Virus record (IMG/VR): IMGVR_UViG_3300036446_000021
DNA from: a virus
Length of the DNA: 64,000 bases
Direction: 5' to 3' (one strand)
In this document: piece after piece, positions 46,559-56,007 of the stretch
Position numbering within the stretch: the stretch's first letter is position 1
Layout: the number at the start of each line of letters is the position of its first letter
The notes under the pieces: generated by a model
Told to the model about the DNA's origin: nothing
The model's database searches: none
Seen by the model: only the letters and a program-made list of their open reading frames with translations
Translations under genes and position numbers: made by a program

Positions 46559-47963
46559 CCAATTAGCGACAATCGATCACTTCGACTCGAAAGACGGGGT
46601 GATGACGGTCACGGCGATCGCGCGCACGCCGGGGATATTGACCTATCGTAATGCCGATGGATCTACTCGTCGTGAGTTGGTATCGCGTGAGTTTCTGCGA
46701 CGAACAGATAGCAATGGTGTACCTTTAGTTGCTCAACTAGCAAACTTACCCGTAACAAATGAACATCCACCTTGCTTGCTGCGAAATGATGCTGACCTAT
46801 TGAAAAAGTATCAAGTAGGTAGAACTCAGAACAAGGTGCATGTCTTTGACGACGGACGTGTCCAAGTTACTTTTGACGTTTTCGATCCAGAGACACAAGA
46901 CGATATTCGCCTTGGGCGTAAAGACGGCGTGAGTGTCGGTTACGAAACAGCCGTAAAACATGATGCTGGCGAATGGCATGGACAGCATTTTGATGCTATG
47001 CAAGACGAGCCGATTGACAAAGACCACATGGCAGTCTGCGTGAATAACAGAGCGATTGGCGCAAAGATTAAAGCTTTCAAATTTGACTCCGCTGACACGA
47101 CTGATATTGCGTGGCAAGTAGACAGCGTGGAACCAGAACAACCTTTAACAGCTACTCGCAAGGATGCGCCCATGCCTCAAATGTTCCAGATCGAACTGGC
47201 AACACCCGACGGTAAAGCGCCGTTTATGGTGCCTCGTGAACTGTACATGGAAATTAAGCGACTCGGTTTAGATGATTGTGGCTGCCATGTTGACGCAGCA
47301 GAAATGGAATTAGTCTTTGATGCTGACGATGCTGAATATCGCGTTGATAGTGACGATACACTGTGGCGCTTTGATAAGGCGACAGGCAAAGGAAAGCAAT
47401 GTCCAGGCGGATATTACATTCCACAAAATCGAAACTGCAACCCCAAAACTCATGCGAAACGGGAAGGGCAAAAGTTAAATAAATTAGCTCAGAAAAAATC
47501 AACTTTTGACCCAGACTACGAAAAAGTAGCAGGCAAAGCAATTGATAAAAGCATGATGGCAGCAAAAGGTAGCCTTGCTGCTAGGGTTTCTGAAAACGTT
47601 CTTTCTAGTGCCTACTCTCGCGTTTCTTCGCCCTATACAGAAGGTTTAAGAAAAGAAGAAGCTGATCATCTCGCAGCAAAGACTCTGGCAAGGCGAATGC
47701 GGCGAGGCAAATCACAAAATACAACGGGCGAAATTGCCGAAGAGGCGAAGAGCAGAGAGCAAATAAGATCGCATTTCAAAAACGAAGGCATGGAACAAAG
47801 TTTGGCTTCTGACAAATCACGCAAAAAGCTAGCTCAGAAAAAGCGTATAGCCGAAAAAAGAAGACTTCAATCACAAGGTTTACCAAATGAAGGCGGCGCT
47901 TTTAGAGCAAAAGCAGCGTCTGGAAAAGGTAAACGAGCTTCAACTTACAGGATGCCAGCATGA
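46530..47963 (+). CDS. DUF2213-type prohead (maturation protease-like) protein with basic C-terminal extension
   Basis: IARTPGILTYRNADG...RELV...PVTNEHP...GVSVGYE...HMAVC...RAIG. Confidence 0.8.
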   Translation: MPSATAIRFNQLATIDHFDSKDGVMTVTAIARTPGILTYRNADGSTRRELVSREFLRRTDSNGVPLVAQLANLPVTNEHPPCLLRNDADLLKKYQVGRTQNKVHVFDDGRVQVTFDVFDPETQDDIRLGRKDGVSVGYETAVKHDAGEWHGQHFDAMQDEPIDKDHMAVCVNNRAIGAKIKAFKFDSADTTDIAWQVDSVEPEQPLTATRKDAPMPQMFQIELATPDGKAPFMVPRELYMEIKRLGLDDCGCHVDAAEMELVFDADDAEYRVDSDDTLWRFDKATGKGKQCPGGYYIPQNRNCNPKTHAKREGQKLNKLAQKKSTFDPDYEKVAGKAIDKSMMAAKGSLAARVSENVLSSAYSRVSSPYTEGLRKEEADHLAAKTLARRMRRGKSQNTTGEIAEEAKSREQIRSHFKNEGMEQSLASDKSRKKLAQKKRIAEKRRLQSQGLPNEGGAFRAKAASGKGKRASTYRMPA

Positions 47964-48817
47964 CAACCATTACACTTCCAGGCAGCATCAAAACCTATGA
48001 CGTAATGCCTGAATTGGCTGACGCAATTGAATATTCACTGCAAGTAAAACAAAGCAATGAAGCTTCTAAAAATTTTTTAGATGATAACAATGACGAGGAT
48101 AGCACTATGTCAAGCCAATACTATGACAGCGATGACGAGTATGACGAAGACGAAGACGAAGACGAAGATATGAATGATGACGATGATGATATGCCCAGTG
48201 GCAAGAAAATGCCGCTCTGGCTAAAAAAGAAAATGGCAAAAAAGGACTCTGCAATAGCAGAGTTAGCCGATCGTCTCGACTCACTCGCCGCTGAAATAGA
48301 AACCAAAGATGGCGAAATCGCAGTCTTGCAAGCGATCGTTGGGCGCACTGATGCTGAAGAGGCTACTGAACACGCCGACGCTGAGGCGATCGAGGCTGAA
48401 GTGCAGGCTCGTCTTGACAGCATGTTTGAGGCATATGCTGATGCTGAGCCATACTTACCTGCTGGCTTCAAATTAGATGCCACGAGCACTCCTGCGACCA
48501 TTCAGAGCGCTGCACTTAGCACCCTTGACACCGAGTTCAAGTTGGACTCAGCAGAGGCGATCGCGGGTGCCTATGCTGCCATGAAACGGTTTTCACCTAA
48601 GCGCCAGGACAGTAGCAGCCAATTAAATGGCCTTTTGTATCAAACCTTGCCTACACCAGCAGCAAGGATAGATGCAACACCGCTCAGTATTCCTGAACTG
48701 GCACGGCTGGACAGCGCTGATCCTCGACTAGCAGCGCTTGATTTCCGCACTCAAGGCCAAGTGCGTAGCTATCGCGTTGGTCGTGAAAAAATTACTACCC
48801 AAGGAGCGCATAACTAA
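47960..48817 (+). CDS. Head scaffold-like protein
   Basis: Highly acidic and helical, D/E tract, between the prohead gene and capsid genes; ten [RKH]xD[AS] motifs. Confidence 0.65.
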   Translation: MTTITLPGSIKTYDVMPELADAIEYSLQVKQSNEASKNFLDDNNDEDSTMSSQYYDSDDEYDEDEDEDEDMNDDDDDMPSGKKMPLWLKKKMAKKDSAIAELADRLDSLAAEIETKDGEIAVLQAIVGRTDAEEATEHADAEAIEAEVQARLDSMFEAYADAEPYLPAGFKLDATSTPATIQSAALSTLDTEFKLDSAEAIAGAYAAMKRFSPKRQDSSSQLNGLLYQTLPTPAARIDATPLSIPELARLDSADPRLAALDFRTQGQVRSYRVGREKITTQGAHN

Positions 48818-49671
48818 TGGTTCAGTCTATCTATACGCAACTGCCACAAGCAGGCTATCCAGGTAGTTTGTACGATTCTTGGGCAGTTGAAAAAGGCAAC
48901 CGTTTTACGCTCATTAATGCTCCTGTTGCTGCCAAACAAACCGTTGGCACGATGACAGTCGTGAAAGGTGCCAATGCTGGCGCTTATACCTATCAAGTGA
49001 TCGGTACGGCACCTAATGGTAATGCGGTGAATATCATCAAAACTTACAACGCACTGGCTGGCGACGACCTCAATATTGTTGCCAATAACTTAGTGAGTCT
49101 GGTCAACAACGACGATGTGCTGAATGATTTTCTGTCGCTGACGCAAACGGGCGGAGTGATCACCACCACTGTCATTCCCAGCAACAGCAACCCGGTTACG
49201 TCGATCGCGGGCACAGCTTCAGGCAGTGGTAACTCCATTACAGCCTCTCCCGCTGTAACAAACTATGCGGCCAACGGCATCATTTACTACGGCTATGCTT
49301 TGGGGCAATACGGGCAGGCACAAGTCAACCAGTCACAGTTAACCGGTGGCACTTGCTCCCCCATCACTACAGCCTCCAATTTGACGATTGTAGGGATTGC
49401 GATCGAGGCAAAAGCGGCTGAATTTGTTTATCCCTATAGCAATACCGCTCAAGGTGGTTGGCTACCAAACGAAGCTGTGCCTTATGCACCTGTGGGATCT
49501 GGCATTCGCATCTGGGTGCCTGTTTTAGCAGCAGTCACATCCGGTACGGTGCCGGGTGTTTCTAACTCCACCGGGCAGTTAACAACCACCGGGAGCGGCA
49601 CCGCGCTAACAGGTGCCACTTACATCAGTGATCAAGCAGTCGCAGGGTTAACCGCCCTCGTCCAACTTTAA
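48817..49671 (+). CDS. Head decoration / structural cement-like protein
   Basis: Starts MVQSIYT...AGYPG; IYYGYAL; GIRIWV; immediately upstream of the major capsid gene. Confidence 0.6.
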   Translation: MVQSIYTQLPQAGYPGSLYDSWAVEKGNRFTLINAPVAAKQTVGTMTVVKGANAGAYTYQVIGTAPNGNAVNIIKTYNALAGDDLNIVANNLVSLVNNDDVLNDFLSLTQTGGVITTTVIPSNSNPVTSIAGTASGSGNSITASPAVTNYAANGIIYYGYALGQYGQAQVNQSQLTGGTCSPITTASNLTIVGIAIEAKAAEFVYPYSNTAQGGWLPNEAVPYAPVGSGIRIWVPVLAAVTSGTVPGVSNSTGQLTTTGSGTALTGATYISDQAVAGLTALVQL

Positions 49672-49689
49672 TTTAGGAGGTTAACCTTA

Positions 49690-50694
49690 ATGACCGCAGC
49701 GATTCTTGATAGACCGCCAGTTGCTAGTTTTGGGCTGCGACTGGACACTAAAGAAAATATTCAACGCACCGCTATCGCGGCTGCAAGTGTTTCTCACTTA
49801 GACGCTGGCGAAGGTTTGTTCTTTGCCCGTCAGTTGGAGTATATCGTCCCCCAACTGTATCAGGTGAAATACGCCGAACAACGCGCACGGGTACATTTTC
49901 CGGTTTCGTTTGAGGGTGGAAACGGCATCAAAACCATTACCTACCGCGCTATAGATCGGCGTGGCAAAGCCAAAATTGTCACCAACTGGAGTACCGACTT
50001 TCCGCGTGTAAACGTGCTGGCAAGAGAAGTCTCTAACAAAGTAGTCTCTTTAGGTGACTCCTACGGTTACGACTTTCAGGAGATTCGTTCCGCCGCACAA
50101 GCCAATACACCGCTTGAACAGCTAGAAGCGAACGCGGCTCAAATGGCAATCACTGAGCTTGAAAACTCGCTGGCTTATTTTGGCGATGCCAATGCAAATG
50201 TTTATGGCGCTTTCAACAATCCATCAGTACCAATCACTTACGCTGCCTATCCGCTAGCACTAGGTGGAACGCTTGCTGTCACGGTTGATCAAGTGGTCAG
50301 TGTTTTTAATACTGCCATCAATGGTGTCCTAGTCACGTCGCGTGGTGTGGAAAGGGTCAACATGATTCTTGTTCCATTAAAAGTCTGGACGTTTCTGTCA
50401 GTCACGCGACTTGGTAGTTACAACGACAGGACGTTAATGGAGTATCTGGAAAAAGTCTTTCCAGGTGTTGTTTTTGACTGGTGTAACGAATGCTCTGGGG
50501 CTGGCCCTAACGGGCAAGACATTATGTTTTCTTACGTGCGTGATGACATGCACTGCAACTTGTTAGTGCCTAGCGACTTTGAACAACTGCCCGTATTTTC
50601 CGATGGTGCCACTTTCTCGGTGAAGTGCCATGAACGTTTTGCTGGGGTGCGCTTACCTTACCCTGCCTCCTGTTTGCTCACCATTCTTCAATAG
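49690..50694 (+). CDS. Major capsid protein (DUF2184-type HK97 fold)
   Basis: DAGEGLFFARQLEYI, AYFGDA...YGAFNNP, CHERFAGVRLPYPAS. Confidence 0.88.
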   Translation: MTAAILDRPPVASFGLRLDTKENIQRTAIAAASVSHLDAGEGLFFARQLEYIVPQLYQVKYAEQRARVHFPVSFEGGNGIKTITYRAIDRRGKAKIVTNWSTDFPRVNVLAREVSNKVVSLGDSYGYDFQEIRSAAQANTPLEQLEANAAQMAITELENSLAYFGDANANVYGAFNNPSVPITYAAYPLALGGTLAVTVDQVVSVFNTAINGVLVTSRGVERVNMILVPLKVWTFLSVTRLGSYNDRTLMEYLEKVFPGVVFDWCNECSGAGPNGQDIMFSYVRDDMHCNLLVPSDFEQLPVFSDGATFSVKCHERFAGVRLPYPASCLLTILQ

Positions 50695-50705
50695 CGACAA
50701 AACCT

Positions 50706-51131
50706 ATGCCAGCAGTTGAATTCTATGCGCGCCATCCTAAATGGGGATGGGTATCGCCTCTAACATTAGGCCCAGTTGGTTTGCAACCCGGCATGGATGT
50801 TGATCCTGGTCATAATCTGATCAGTGAAGAAGCGATCGCTTCGATGTTAGAAAACCCGTTCTTTGCTCAAACTTGGCAAGAACTTCAAGACAGCAATATT
50901 GTCAAAGTGCTGAATTTGACAACTGGCACGATCGAGCCTGATCTGCCTAGTCAATTAATTCCGGCGGTCAAGCAAGTGCAAGCAACTTCTAGCCTTTACG
51001 ATTTGGAGCGCTGGCGTGACACTGATTTACGTCAGGGTGTGCAAACTGCGATCGCGGCACAAATTGAACGACTACAGCCAACCGAACCACCCAAACCAAC
51101 CAATCGGGCAAAAGGACAGACGCAACCTTGA
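50706..51131 (+). CDS. Hypothetical post-capsid protein
   Basis: Conserved position after the capsid gene; LQPGMDV...N.I. Confidence 0.55.
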   Translation: MPAVEFYARHPKWGWVSPLTLGPVGLQPGMDVDPGHNLISEEAIASMLENPFFAQTWQELQDSNIVKVLNLTTGTIEPDLPSQLIPAVKQVQATSSLYDLERWRDTDLRQGVQTAIAAQIERLQPTEPPKPTNRAKGQTQP

Positions 51132-51520
51132 TTGTCACCTACGATGACTTTAGCAACGACCCTCGGTATGAATCCTTTGGAACGCTTGACGAGGGTTTGG
51201 TTCAGGTTTACCTGTACGACGCGATCGCTGACTGCGCCCCTTCTGTGTGGCGCAATCCCACTACTAGAATCAGAGCGGTTAAATTGCTGGTCGCACATCG
51301 GCTGACTCTAGCTAGCCAAGCGGGTGAAGATGCCGTTCTGCCTGGTTTTGCTTCTGGTCAGATGACTTCACTTAGCACGTCTCAAGGTTCCAATTCTGCC
51401 AGTTTTAGCCCTGTTACGGGCATTGGCAGCACAGGTGATGAACTGCTGATGTTGACCATCTACGGTCAGGAGTTTTTGAGGTTACGTCGATCGCTTCCTA
51501 CTGTTGGCTTTGTCGTTTGA
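51128..51520 (+). CDS. DUF4054-type head-tail adaptor
   Basis: LLVAHRLTL...SLSTSQGSNSASF...LTIYGQEFLRLRR. Confidence 0.8.
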   Translation: MIVTYDDFSNDPRYESFGTLDEGLVQVYLYDAIADCAPSVWRNPTTRIRAVKLLVAHRLTLASQAGEDAVLPGFASGQMTSLSTSQGSNSASFSPVTGIGSTGDELLMLTIYGQEFLRLRRSLPTVGFVV

Positions 51521-51532
51521 GGCCTAAAGTTT

Positions 51533-52078
51533 GTGTCTTGCCAAACGCTACACCTGATTAATTCTGAGCTTGGCTGCCTCGCCCTAAAGCAAGGAGCCAA
51601 TTTCGGCTTAATGCCACTGAGCGACGGCATGCGTTTCTTCTACCCAGAGAACCCAGCGGTAGCAGGCAGCGGCGATCTGACAGGTTACACCGTCATTGGC
51701 CCGATTAAAGCAGATGTGAATGGCATCGTTCTAGCCACTTTCACATGCTCAGCACCGTTCTATCAACAAAAGGTAAAAGACGGAGTGCCTGTTGTGGCTA
51801 ATGGCTCTCCTGTGATGGGTAGCTACTTCACCGTCAGATTGCCAGCAGTGGTGAAGCCAACAGCAACAGGAGACGATCGCTACCTACCTGTCCCACCCAA
51901 TAGCCACAAACTGCCTGTACCGCTCGATAGCACTACGATCGACAATCAGGTAGCAAAAGGCCTTTACAAGCTTGGCAAACATTTCTGGACGTACAGCATT
52001 CTGGCAATGCCGCCTAATGATGCGGTGGATGCGATCGAGATCATTGCCCCGTCTCTCATGCAAGTGATTGGGAGGTAG
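51533..52078 (+). CDS. Virion structural protein
   Basis: FGLMP...DLTGYTVIGPIK resembles small baseplate/fibre-associated proteins; co-oriented structural run. Confidence 0.5.
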   Translation: MSCQTLHLINSELGCLALKQGANFGLMPLSDGMRFFYPENPAVAGSGDLTGYTVIGPIKADVNGIVLATFTCSAPFYQQKVKDGVPVVANGSPVMGSYFTVRLPAVVKPTATGDDRYLPVPPNSHKLPVPLDSTTIDNQVAKGLYKLGKHFWTYSILAMPPNDAVDAIEIIAPSLMQVIGR

Positions 52079-52080
52079 TT

Positions 52081-52509
52081 TTGACGATCTTAGACGTGGA
52101 AGTCGATAGCCCGCAACTGGAGGTAACGATTGATGGAGTCCTGGTTTTAGAAATTGACCCGATCGGCATTCAGGGGCCAAAAGGCGATCCGGGTAGTAGT
52201 GGACTGTTAAAAATGCCGTTTGCTTACGGAGATGCTTCACCGATCGTCGTCACTTCGATCACAGGTTTTGTATTCACAGCAGCGATCGTGATTACAACTC
52301 CATTTAACGGTATTGGTGCTGCTTTGCGATTAGGTGACGCTGTTCAATCAGATCGTCTCATGAATGCCGCTCAAAACAACCCAGCGTTTGCGGCTGAGTA
52401 CGAAACGAATCCAGGTTACGGGTATACCAGTGCTACGCAGCTTTTGTTCACAATCACTCCTGGCGCAGGGGCAACTCAAGGCGCTGGCTATGTTCTTCTA
52501 GAGGTCTAA
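52081..52509 (+). CDS. Virion structural protein
   Basis: IGIQGPKGDPG collagen-like patch; beta-rich C-terminus similar to that of the next gene. Confidence 0.55.
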   Translation: MTILDVEVDSPQLEVTIDGVLVLEIDPIGIQGPKGDPGSSGLLKMPFAYGDASPIVVTSITGFVFTAAIVITTPFNGIGAALRLGDAVQSDRLMNAAQNNPAFAAEYETNPGYGYTSATQLLFTITPGAGATQGAGYVLLEV

Positions 52510-53211
52510 ATGTCTAAAGTCCTTGATGTTATTGCTACTAGTCTGTCAAAATTTCAAATTGCGATCGGAGGAGTGACGCTCAAAAACTCATCCGGTAATT
52601 TGCTTGTTCGCAACCCTGCTGATTCGGCTGACGCTGCGGTCACGGCCTCTCAGTTGAATAATTCAGGCGATGCGATCGTTATCAACTCTGATGCTGCTAG
52701 CACAGGGACGGACTGGGCTTTGACGATCGGGCGTAATCCAGCGGCAACGGCTGCTGTGACTCTCTACGCTCCACCCGCTAAAGGGACAGACGGCTTTTTC
52801 TTACGACAAAAAGCAGGCACCGCAGCAGGGGTGCTAGAGCTAGAGCTTGCATCAACCAGTGGCGCAAGCAATCAGCTAACTACAGACACGACCTCTCTCG
52901 CCTTCGGTACAACTTCGCCCTTGACACTGTTTACACTGCCTGCCAACGCGGTGGTTGAAGCTGTGCGGGTGATTATTGACACTCCTTTCACTGGCGGTAC
53001 GCCATCCTTGTCAGTTGGCATTACGGGTACGACCTCAAAATATATGAGCAGCACTCAAGTTGATTTGACCGCAACAGCTCAGACAATTTTTGAAGTTTAC
53101 CCCGGACGCACAGCCAATGGTTCTTCTGAGAACTTGATTGCCACCTATGCGGCAAACAGTGCTTCTGCTGGAGCGGCACGCATTGAGGTTGATTACGCTA
53201 TTCCTAGCTAG
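52510..53211 (+). CDS. Virion structural protein (fibre-associated)
   Basis: Thr/Ala/Ser-rich; C-terminal VRVIIDTPFTGGTPSLSVG parallels IVITTPFNGIGAALRLG of the upstream gene. Confidence 0.6.
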   Translation: MSKVLDVIATSLSKFQIAIGGVTLKNSSGNLLVRNPADSADAAVTASQLNNSGDAIVINSDAASTGTDWALTIGRNPAATAAVTLYAPPAKGTDGFFLRQKAGTAAGVLELELASTSGASNQLTTDTTSLAFGTTSPLTLFTLPANAVVEAVRVIIDTPFTGGTPSLSVGITGTTSKYMSSTQVDLTATAQTIFEVYPGRTANGSSENLIATYAANSASAGAARIEVDYAIPS

Positions 53212-53222
53212 AGGCCGCGACT

Positions 53223-55259
53223 TTGGCTCGACACATTGACTTAGCAAGCACAACCGAAGCCGATCTTAAGATCGGGGGGCCAGGAGGTAAGAGCGTACTG
53301 ACAACAGATGCTCAATTCCTGTTGGTCGAGGGCTGTGAATGCTCGGTCAACGGCAGCAACACACAGTATCTCGACCTTACCAGCGGCAAGGCGATTGTTG
53401 ACGTGCAAGGTGTGCGCTACGTGGTCACACCAGCCGCGTTTACCAAGCGCCTCAACGCAGCCTGGGCGATCGGCACTAACGCAGGCGGCTTGCTGACAGG
53501 TTCATCGTTCCCAGCATCCACAACGCTGCATTGCTATATTATGCGGCGGCGTAGTGACGGGACAGTTGATCACGGGTTTCATACGTCTGCAACCCAATCG
53601 ACGTTTACAGACGGTTCTAGCAACGTTTGGGATCTGCGGCTGCACATGTCGATCACGACACAGAGCAGCAGTATTCGCCCAATCAAACAGAACGGCGGCT
53701 TAGTGCAATACCTCACGCCAGTCACAGATATTACAGCCGTTATTGGTACGACAGCCTCTCTCTATACGCTGTCGGTAGTCACTGGTATCAAAGTCAGGCC
53801 ACTCTGCAAAGCGCATCTAGGCACGCAAGCATCGTCTGGCTACACTTTCTACTATTTCTCTGATCCCGACTGCGTGGATATTGCACCTGATTCCAGCACG
53901 CAATCCGGCAACACTGGGGCTTTTATGGTTGGGGCTTACTTGTATACTACGGCTGCCCCGATCGAGTACATCTACTGCAACACTTCGGCCCAAATTCGTG
54001 GACGGGCTAGCGCTACTGCCAGCAATACAATCATCACGACCTTTGGGTACATTCACCCGCGTGGAGGCAATCCCACAGCAGCGCAGACGGTTGTCTTGAA
54101 TGCGGGTACGGTGCGATCAACTTTTTCTGACGCGAACTACACAGTTACTGCTGGTACGACGATCGCGGCTCAGACGGGCACAATGAGCGCTGCACGGACA
54201 GTCACCTTGCCTGCTGCCAATGCTGTTATTGCAGGTTTTCAGTTATTGGTGATTGACGAAGCGGGTAGCGTCACCACCACAAACAGTCTGTCAATCAGTG
54301 CGGCTGGTAGCGACACAATTAATGAACTCACTTCGCTGCCAGCTTTAATCAACAACGCTAGCAGTTCAGTTATTTTGGAAAGCGACGGAACATCGAATTG
54401 GACGGTCGTTAAAAGCTCTCCTTGCATTTTTGAATTTACTAGTTCGGGGTCTTTCAATTTCCCGAATAACAACTTCAAACTAATAAGAGAACTACTCACA
54501 GGCGGTGGTGGTGGTGGTGGTGGTGGTAGACGTGACGCCACCAGTACGGCAAAGGCAGGAGGCGGCGGGGGGGCGGCAGGCAGCGTCATAGACACGATCG
54601 TTAATGCCGTAGACCTACTAGCGCTAGGTCTTACTATGACAGTGACGATCGGGGCTGCTGGTACGGCTGGTAACGCGGCTGCTTCTGATACCGCTAACGG
54701 AGGTAACGGAGGCACAGGCGGCACGACTAGCCTCAGTATTAGTGGCACTACGATCGGGCAAGCGCCTGGGGGCAACGGAGGCACAGGCGGCACCACCAGC
54801 ACAGGTACACCGGGAGCAGCCTTAAACTCAACCTCGGCTCAATGGATTGGTGGTGGAGGCGGCACAGGTAATGCGACATCGGCAGGGCAAAATGGGTCTT
54901 CACACGCCTATGCACCTGGTAGCGGCGGCGGCGGCGGCGGTGTCAACGCCAGTAATGTTGCTCAAGCAGGCGGAGCCGGGACGGTTGGGTCGCGGGCGGC
55001 ACATGGTACTACAACAGGCGGCACGGCTGGCACCAGTGGCACCTCCGGGGGTAATGGTGGTGCTGGCAGCGTGATTAACAATACGTGGGGAGGAGGAGGA
55101 GGCGCGGGGGGCGGCGGCGGTTCGTCAGGGACAGGAGGTGCCGGGGGGTCTGGTGCACGTGGCGGTGGCGGCGGCGGTGGCGGCGCTTCGCTCAACGGCA
55201 ATGCCTCTGGTGGAGGTGGTGCTGGTGGCGCAGGTTTTGCCCGTATAGTTTTCTTCTGA
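53223..55259 (+). CDS. Tail fibre protein with C-terminal glycine-rich domain
   Basis: FTSSGSFNFP...GGGGGGGG, repeated GGAG/GGNGG, terminal GGAGGAGFARIVFF. Confidence 0.75.
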   Translation: MARHIDLASTTEADLKIGGPGGKSVLTTDAQFLLVEGCECSVNGSNTQYLDLTSGKAIVDVQGVRYVVTPAAFTKRLNAAWAIGTNAGGLLTGSSFPASTTLHCYIMRRRSDGTVDHGFHTSATQSTFTDGSSNVWDLRLHMSITTQSSSIRPIKQNGGLVQYLTPVTDITAVIGTTASLYTLSVVTGIKVRPLCKAHLGTQASSGYTFYYFSDPDCVDIAPDSSTQSGNTGAFMVGAYLYTTAAPIEYIYCNTSAQIRGRASATASNTIITTFGYIHPRGGNPTAAQTVVLNAGTVRSTFSDANYTVTAGTTIAAQTGTMSAARTVTLPAANAVIAGFQLLVIDEAGSVTTTNSLSISAAGSDTINELTSLPALINNASSSVILESDGTSNWTVVKSSPCIFEFTSSGSFNFPNNNFKLIRELLTGGGGGGGGGRRDATSTAKAGGGGGAAGSVIDTIVNAVDLLALGLTMTVTIGAAGTAGNAAASDTANGGNGGTGGTTSLSISGTTIGQAPGGNGGTGGTTSTGTPGAALNSTSAQWIGGGGGTGNATSAGQNGSSHAYAPGSGGGGGGVNASNVAQAGGAGTVGSRAAHGTTTGGTAGTSGTSGGNGGAGSVINNTWGGGGGAGGGGGSSGTGGAGGSGARGGGGGGGGASLNGNASGGGGAGGAGFARIVFF

Positions 55260-55265
55260 CTGGGG

Positions 55266-55706
55266 GTGATTATGGCATCTGATTGGGCAATTTTAGACGA
55301 CACTGGCTTGGTAGTGAACAAGATTGTGGCTGATGCTACTTTTCTGGAACAAGCGTATCCAGGCAAAGCTGTGCCGATCTTGCTTGATCAGCCTTGCGAA
55401 ATTGGTTGGACACATACAGACGGTGCGTTTATTGCACCCACGTCTGAAACAGTGCTCGACTATCGTTGGGTTGATTTGGAGAATGCGCTCAGAGGTACGG
55501 ATTTGTTCGGAGTCGCTTTTGCTAACAACGCCGCCCTCACGCTGATTACGCACTCGTTTGCAAACACCGCTCAGACGGATGAAAACCGCTTTGCCGATTT
55601 CACGTTTGCAGTTCAGGCAATTCAGTCTCAGTACACCCAGAAACAGCGCGATCGGTTCCTCACGACGCTACAAAATTGCGGGTTTCCAGCGATCGAGTTT
55701 AGCTGA
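55266..55706 (+). CDS. Tail-fibre-associated protein
   Basis: WAILDDTGLVVNKIV...IGWTHTDGAFIAP, typical of genes following Gly-rich fibres. Confidence 0.6.
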   Translation: MIMASDWAILDDTGLVVNKIVADATFLEQAYPGKAVPILLDQPCEIGWTHTDGAFIAPTSETVLDYRWVDLENALRGTDLFGVAFANNAALTLITHSFANTAQTDENRFADFTFAVQAIQSQYTQKQRDRFLTTLQNCGFPAIEFS

Positions 55707-55941
55707 GGGCAAGCGCTGGGTTAATAATCGCTAAATTCCGCATCGCTCTCATAAATTCCACATCGTTAAGCTGACCTTCCGCCCAGTACCGTAATGTCTG
55801 AACAACGATCGACACACTTACACCTAGCGCAGGATCTAGGCCAGCTTCCCGCATAAGCGCAATCGCTCTATCGGCTCTGTCTCGATCGTCTTGGTTTGTC
55901 ATTGACAAATTAACTCCGTGGGCCCGCCAATCGTAGGGCAA
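55699..55941 (-). CDS. Hypothetical protein
   Basis: 80-aa ORF divergent from the recombinase; start uncertain. Confidence 0.4.
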   Translation of the reverse strand: MPYDWRAHGVNLSMTNQDDRDRADRAIALMREAGLDPALGVSVSIVVQTLRYWAEGQLNDVEFMRAMRNLAIINPALALS

Positions 55942-56007
55942 AGTCTAGCCTTCAATTATACTATCATGAAGTGATAATATTTCGATTATAGACATATTAT
56001 TACCAGC

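Noticed and set aside
48121-48190. GACGAA/GATGAC microsatellite
   Set aside because: Simply encodes the Asp/Glu tract of the scaffold protein
54500-55240. G-rich GGC/GGT runs as further GGY arrays
   Set aside because: Period is 3 nt and they encode the glycine-rich fibre domain
12702-55706. Diversity-generating retroelement acting on the fibres
   Set aside because: No reverse transcriptase and no template/variable repeat pair seen in the window
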